A stretch of 62,514 nt of DNA, counting the filler, from Nanobdellota archaeon (lineage in GTDB: Archaea; Nanobdellota; Nanobdellia; Woesearchaeales; CAZZGN01), in assembly GCA_051819665.1 (NCBI GenBank). It is 6 parts of 6 records of this genome, joined end to end, with 100 filler letters (N's around TTAATTAATTAA, not from the genome) between each part and the next. Parts side by side here need not be neighbours in the genome. Positions count along the whole stretch, not along the records: positions 53,517 to 62,514 come from JBNJDG010000039.1; 5 more parts are not named here. The stretch is one strand, 5' to 3'. The position numbers and the translations under genes were made by a program. Under the pieces are notes generated by a model. It had not been told where the DNA came from. It saw nothing but the letters and a program-made list of their open reading frames with translations, and made no database searches. How positions within the stretch are numbered: the first letter of the stretch is position 1; every line of letters begins with the position of its first letter. Below are positions 58,768-62,514 of this stretch, piece after piece.

Positions 58768-58872
58768 TCAGCCCGTCGCTGCAAGAATAAGAAAAATAAA
58801 GAACAGGAGGCCCATAAAGACCAGAATGGTTATACCAAAGGTCTTGAACATGGACCTGAGGAATTCATTCAT
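58768..58872 (-). CDS. small single-TM protein (34 aa)
   Basis: MNEFLRSMFKTFGITILVFMGLLFFIFLILAATG; ATGA overlap with the TrmB stop. Confidence 0.55.
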   Translation of the reverse strand: MNEFLRSMFKTFGITILVFMGLLFFIFLILAATG

Positions 58873-59687
58873 AACTTAAGCACCTTCTTGGCAGGTTTCA
58901 TACTCTGCCAAGCTATCTCGAAAAGCTCCTCAAGAGCAGATGCGAAGAAAGGAGTGTTCACCCATACACCTACATCATAAGTAGGATGCACATCCATGTC
59001 GTCCATGACCATGAATACAACTTCTTTCCCGTCAACAACTGCAAAACGGGCTTTCGAATCAGTATGCCTTATCTCTGCCAGGTCATCAAGATCCTTGACA
59101 GCTTCTTTAGCTTCATTGGTAAGAGGAGCAGCGATCCTTATCGTAACACCTCTCTTCTTAAGCTGTTCAAAAGTACCTTTCAGAGCCTCTATCTTCCTGA
59201 GAAGACCCTGGCTAGTCGTCATAATTGTCACTGTCTCTTCAGCGTTCCTTACTGTAAGCTCAAGATGATTGTAAAGGTTATGCCTGCCTCTCAGACTGCC
59301 ACTGAGATCAGTAGGCTCTACAAGCTCAACGCCCTGTGAGTGAAGTGAATTGAGTTCGTCAAGAACTTCATTGTCCTTAAGAGAATCCAGTTTTTTCACC
59401 TTCTCTTCAGCGTTCTTCTTCATATTCTTCTTAACTCTCTCTACAACTTCTGAAGGAGGCACTGCTATGTATTTTATAGGCTTACCCAGTTTCATTACCA
59501 CAAAGCCTTTCTTCTCGAGACTCTCAAGAACATCGTAGCTTCTTGATCTTGGCACATTGGCTATATCGCTCAATTCTCCTGCTGTAGAAACTCCTCTTGA
59601 AAGAAGAGCTGTCCAGATCTTTACCTCATAGAGATTCAAATCAAAATATCTCCTGAGTTTACTCAAAAATTCTTCTTTAACAATCAT
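58869..59687 (-). CDS. TrmB-family transcriptional regulator / chromatin protein (TrmBL2-like)
   Basis: LNLYEVKIW.ALL, VPRSRSYDVLESLEKKG, GKPIKY.A; start MIVKEE after GGGGGGAG SD. Confidence 0.9.
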   Translation of the reverse strand: MIVKEEFLSKLRRYFDLNLYEVKIWTALLSRGVSTAGELSDIANVPRSRSYDVLESLEKKGFVVMKLGKPIKYIAVPPSEVVERVKKNMKKNAEEKVKKLDSLKDNEVLDELNSLHSQGVELVEPTDLSGSLRGRHNLYNHLELTVRNAEETVTIMTTSQGLLRKIEALKGTFEQLKKRGVTIRIAAPLTNEAKEAVKDLDDLAEIRHTDSKARFAVVDGKEVVFMVMDDMDVHPTYDVGVWVNTPFFASALEELFEIAWQSMKPAKKVLKL

Positions 59688-60062
59688 TTTTCGATCTCCC
59701 CCCTTTTTTACTGGTATATAGGGGTAATAAATTGGTCCTATTAAAAGGTTATGGTTACAGGGCCTCTGAAAACCCATCCATGAAATTTTTCAAGCCGATT
59801 AATCACTTTGAAGTGAATTGGGGCCTATCCTGGCTTTAATTCATCAGATAACCTATCTAATCCTAAATTTAAACTCATATTTAAATATTACTATTCTAAA
59901 ATAGTTCTAAAAAATAAAGGGCATAAATTCGTAAAAATACAGTAGTGAATCAGAGTCTACATCGAATGATAGTATGAACTGTTCGCAAGAACAGAGTGAC
60001 AACACCAAAAATAATCCATAAAAAAAGATGAATTGAAATCAAGAAAAAAAGATTTCAAAAAA

Positions 60063-62045
60063 TCAAATCAGCAAAGGTGCTATGACCAATGCTATGATGC
60101 TCATAAGCTTAAGCAATATGTTAAGGCTCGGACCGCTCGTATCTTTGAACGGATCACCTACAGTGTCACCGACCACTGAAGCCTTATGAGCCTCAGAACC
60201 TTTTCCTCCATGGTTACCGAGTTCAACATACTTCTTTGCATTGTCCCATGCACCGCCTGCATTCGCCATGGTTATAGCCAATGCAAGTCCTGTGACAAGA
60301 GTTCCTGCAAGAAGTCCGCCGAGAGCTTCGGGGCCTAGGAGAAGTCCGATCACAACAGGACTCAATACTGCAACAACACCAGGTATGACCATCTCTTTCA
60401 AGGCCCCCTTAGTGCTTATGTCAACACAGCTTGCAGAATCGGGCTTAGCCTTGCCCTGCATGAGCCCTTTGATCTCCTTGAACTGTCTCCTGACTTCCTC
60501 GATCATGGAGAAAGCGGCTCTCCCTACAGCCTTCATGGTCATCGAGCTGAAAAGGAAAGGAAGCATTCCTCCCAAAAAGAGCCCGATTATGACCCTTGGC
60601 TCAAGGATCGATATCGCGTCAAGACCTGCAGAAGCAGCATACGCTGAGAAAAGCCCGAGTGAAGTGAGAGCTGCTGAACCTATAGCGAATCCTTTTCCCA
60701 TTGCTGCTGTTGTGTTTCCGACTGAATCGAGTGCATCTGTCCTCTCCCTGGTCTTCTCGCCGAGCTCTGCCATCTCCGCTATGCCGCCTGCATTATCTGC
60801 TACAGGACCATAAGCGTCGATCGCAAGGCTTATTCCTAAGGTGGAAAGCATACCCACTGCAGCTATAGCAATACCATAGAGATTAGCGAAATAGTAAGCC
60901 ACGAAGATCCCTATAACGATCACGATTATTGGCAGAGCAGTACTGACCATCCCTACTGAGAAACCAGAGATGATATTAGTAGCAGTACCGGTCTCAGAAG
61001 ACTCAGCTATCTTCTTGACGGGCTTGTAATCATATGAGGTGTAGAACTCAGTCAGGAGACCTATAACCACACCGACGACAAGACCTGCTACGATGGACCA
61101 GAACACACCCATAGCATGTTCTGCAGGAAGCACATAATTCGTCAGGAAATATGAAGCAACAAGTACAAGACCGCTGCTTACGAAAAGACCTGTGTTGAGA
61201 GCCTTGTGGACCCCCTTCTCATCCCTTGCCCTGACAAAGAAAGTGCCTATGATGGAACATAATATACCTACGCTTGCAAGAAGCATCGGGAACTTGATGA
61301 AAGCTGACTGGACAGCATCGCTGAAACTCAGGGCAATGCCCATCGCAGCGATCATACTTCCTACATAGCTCTCGAAAAGGTCCGCACCCATCCCGGCTAC
61401 GTCACCTACATTGTCACCAACATTATCAGCTATTACAGCAGGGTTCCTCGGGTCATCCTCTGAAATGCCTGCCTCTACCTTGCCCACAAGGTCAGCACCG
61501 ACATCGGCAGCTTTGGTATATATTCCTCCGCCGACCCTTGCAAAGAGTGCTATGGACGATGCACCAAAGCCGAATCCGAAAAGGACTTCCGGATTACCGA
61601 ACCACATGTAAAGCCCGAATAATCCAAGGATCCCGAACCCCACTACAGAAAGGCTCATCACTGAGCCGCTCTTGAACGCTATCTTCAGCGAATCAAGCAG
61701 CGAGCTTCTTGCTGCCTGGGCTGTCCTGTTATTAGCTGAAGTGGCCACGCTCATCCCTATCCAGCCTGCCAATGCGGAAGAGATCGCACCTACAGCGTAG
61801 CTCACTGCCGTCTGCCAGTTGAGAAAATAATACAACAGGACAAACACTATCACTGCAAAAATCGAAAGCATCTTGTACTCTCTTCTAAGGAAGGCCATTG
61901 CCCCCTTATGCACTTCGGTTCCTAACTCTTTCATCAGTTTATTTCCCCGATTTTTCTTCTTGATGAGACCGGAGAAGATAAACGCAATGATAAGAGAAAT
62001 TGCTCCTATTATTGGTACTGTGACTATTAGATCCATTGTTTTCAT
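60063..62045 (-). CDS. hppA: membrane-integral pyrophosphatase, K+-dependent, probably Na+-translocating
   Basis: [64 protein letters not shown]. Confidence 0.96.
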   Translation of the reverse strand: MKTMDLIVTVPIIGAISLIIAFIFSGLIKKKNRGNKLMKELGTEVHKGAMAFLRREYKMLSIFAVIVFVLLYYFLNWQTAVSYAVGAISSALAGWIGMSVATSANNRTAQAARSSLLDSLKIAFKSGSVMSLSVVGFGILGLFGLYMWFGNPEVLFGFGFGASSIALFARVGGGIYTKAADVGADLVGKVEAGISEDDPRNPAVIADNVGDNVGDVAGMGADLFESYVGSMIAAMGIALSFSDAVQSAFIKFPMLLASVGILCSIIGTFFVRARDEKGVHKALNTGLFVSSGLVLVASYFLTNYVLPAEHAMGVFWSIVAGLVVGVVIGLLTEFYTSYDYKPVKKIAESSETGTATNIISGFSVGMVSTALPIIVIVIGIFVAYYFANLYGIAIAAVGMLSTLGISLAIDAYGPVADNAGGIAEMAELGEKTRERTDALDSVGNTTAAMGKGFAIGSAALTSLGLFSAYAASAGLDAISILEPRVIIGLFLGGMLPFLFSSMTMKAVGRAAFSMIEEVRRQFKEIKGLMQGKAKPDSASCVDISTKGALKEMVIPGVVAVLSPVVIGLLLGPEALGGLLAGTLVTGLALAITMANAGGAWDNAKKYVELGNHGGKGSEAHKASVVGDTVGDPFKDTSGPSLNILLKLMSIIALVIAPLLI

Positions 62046-62175
62046 CCCCCTAAATTATTAACTCGTGAACGGTGAGGCGCGTATTATATAAATATTTCGA
62101 TAAGTATGATATAGTATGATTATGAATGCTGCATCAACGAAAGAATTAAATATACCCAGGTATACTCAAGTATAC

Positions 62176-62415
62176 ATGAGCCCAACAACAATAAAATTAC
62201 ATCCCGAAACAAAGGTAAATCTGGACAGATTCAAAGAATACAAGAATGAAAGTTACGACGAAGTTATATCCAAATTAGTCTATATCGCCAAAAACACGAA
62301 TAAGAATCCTGAATTGAGTAAAGAGACAATAAGGCACATAGAGAAAGCGAGAGAAAGGATAAAAAACGGAATGTACGTGAAAGAGGAGGAGGCGAGGAAA
62401 AGACTGGGATTCTAA
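62176..62415 (+). CDS. RHH-type antitoxin (RelB-like partner)
   Basis: MSPTTIKL..ETK..L..K....ESYDEVI..L; EEEARKRLG; precedes a RelE-like ORF. Confidence 0.75.
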   Translation: MSPTTIKLHPETKVNLDRFKEYKNESYDEVISKLVYIAKNTNKNPELSKETIRHIEKARERIKNGMYVKEEEARKRLGF

Positions 62416-62416
62416 A

Positions 62417-62514
62417 ATGCATGAACTTATATTTGATGAAGAAGTCTTAAAATACCTTGAAAAACTGCCAAAAACCATATCCAAAAGAATATTTAATAAA
62501 TTAAAAGACTCAAA
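62417..62514 (+). CDS. RelE/ParE-family toxin (3'-truncated)
   Basis: MHELIFDEEVLKYLEKLPKTISKRIFNKL is a typical RelE N-terminus; 1 nt after the antitoxin stop. Confidence 0.72.
   Translation, partial: MHELIFDEEVLKYLEKLPKTISKRIFNKLKDS

Noticed and set aside
59760..59850. Hammerhead-like CTGATGA...GAAA on the minus strand
   Set aside because: Stems I and II do not pair next to the core.

Overview
Archaeal sequence, most consistent with a DPANN (Woesearchaeota-like) genome bin; the taxonomy is my inference from gene content. It is six contigs joined by artificial 100-bp linkers (N44-TTAATTAATTAA-N44), so adjacency across linkers means nothing. Contig 1 (1-12337): complete S10/spc r-protein operon (L3 to S5) with Lys/Ala/Ser-rich tails on uS5 and eL32, a structured L3 leader, a PRC-barrel gene and an integron-integrase-like tyrosine recombinase. 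Contig 2 (12438-23856): sulfate-activation genes (cysD, cysN/C fusion, cysC), a stand-alone 5S rRNA, RsmB/NOP2, a short NFACT/Rqc2, M18 peptidase, MNT-HEPN modules and terminal repeats. Contig 3 (23957-34577): argS, tRNA-Arg(UCG), Alba, eS17 and a divergent cluster for making and degrading a fructose-containing disaccharide (SPS/MFPS-like GT4, SPP-like HAD, GH100 invertase, PfkB kinase), which is unexpected in an archaeon. Contig 4 (34678-44057): DP2 C-terminus, aIF2-beta, RPA subunit, intein-containing MCM, TBP and two ORB-like boxes (candidate replication origin). Contig 5 (44158-53416): archaellum locus arlG-F-H-I-J with at least five archaellins, a divergent wHTH regulator and recurring TTCGG-N5-CCGAA palindromes. 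Contig 6 (53517-62514): pcm, htpX, MoxR/DUF58 operon, TrmB-like regulator, K+-dependent (likely Na+) membrane PPase and a RelBE-like pair. All calls come from motif recognition by eye; no searches were run.
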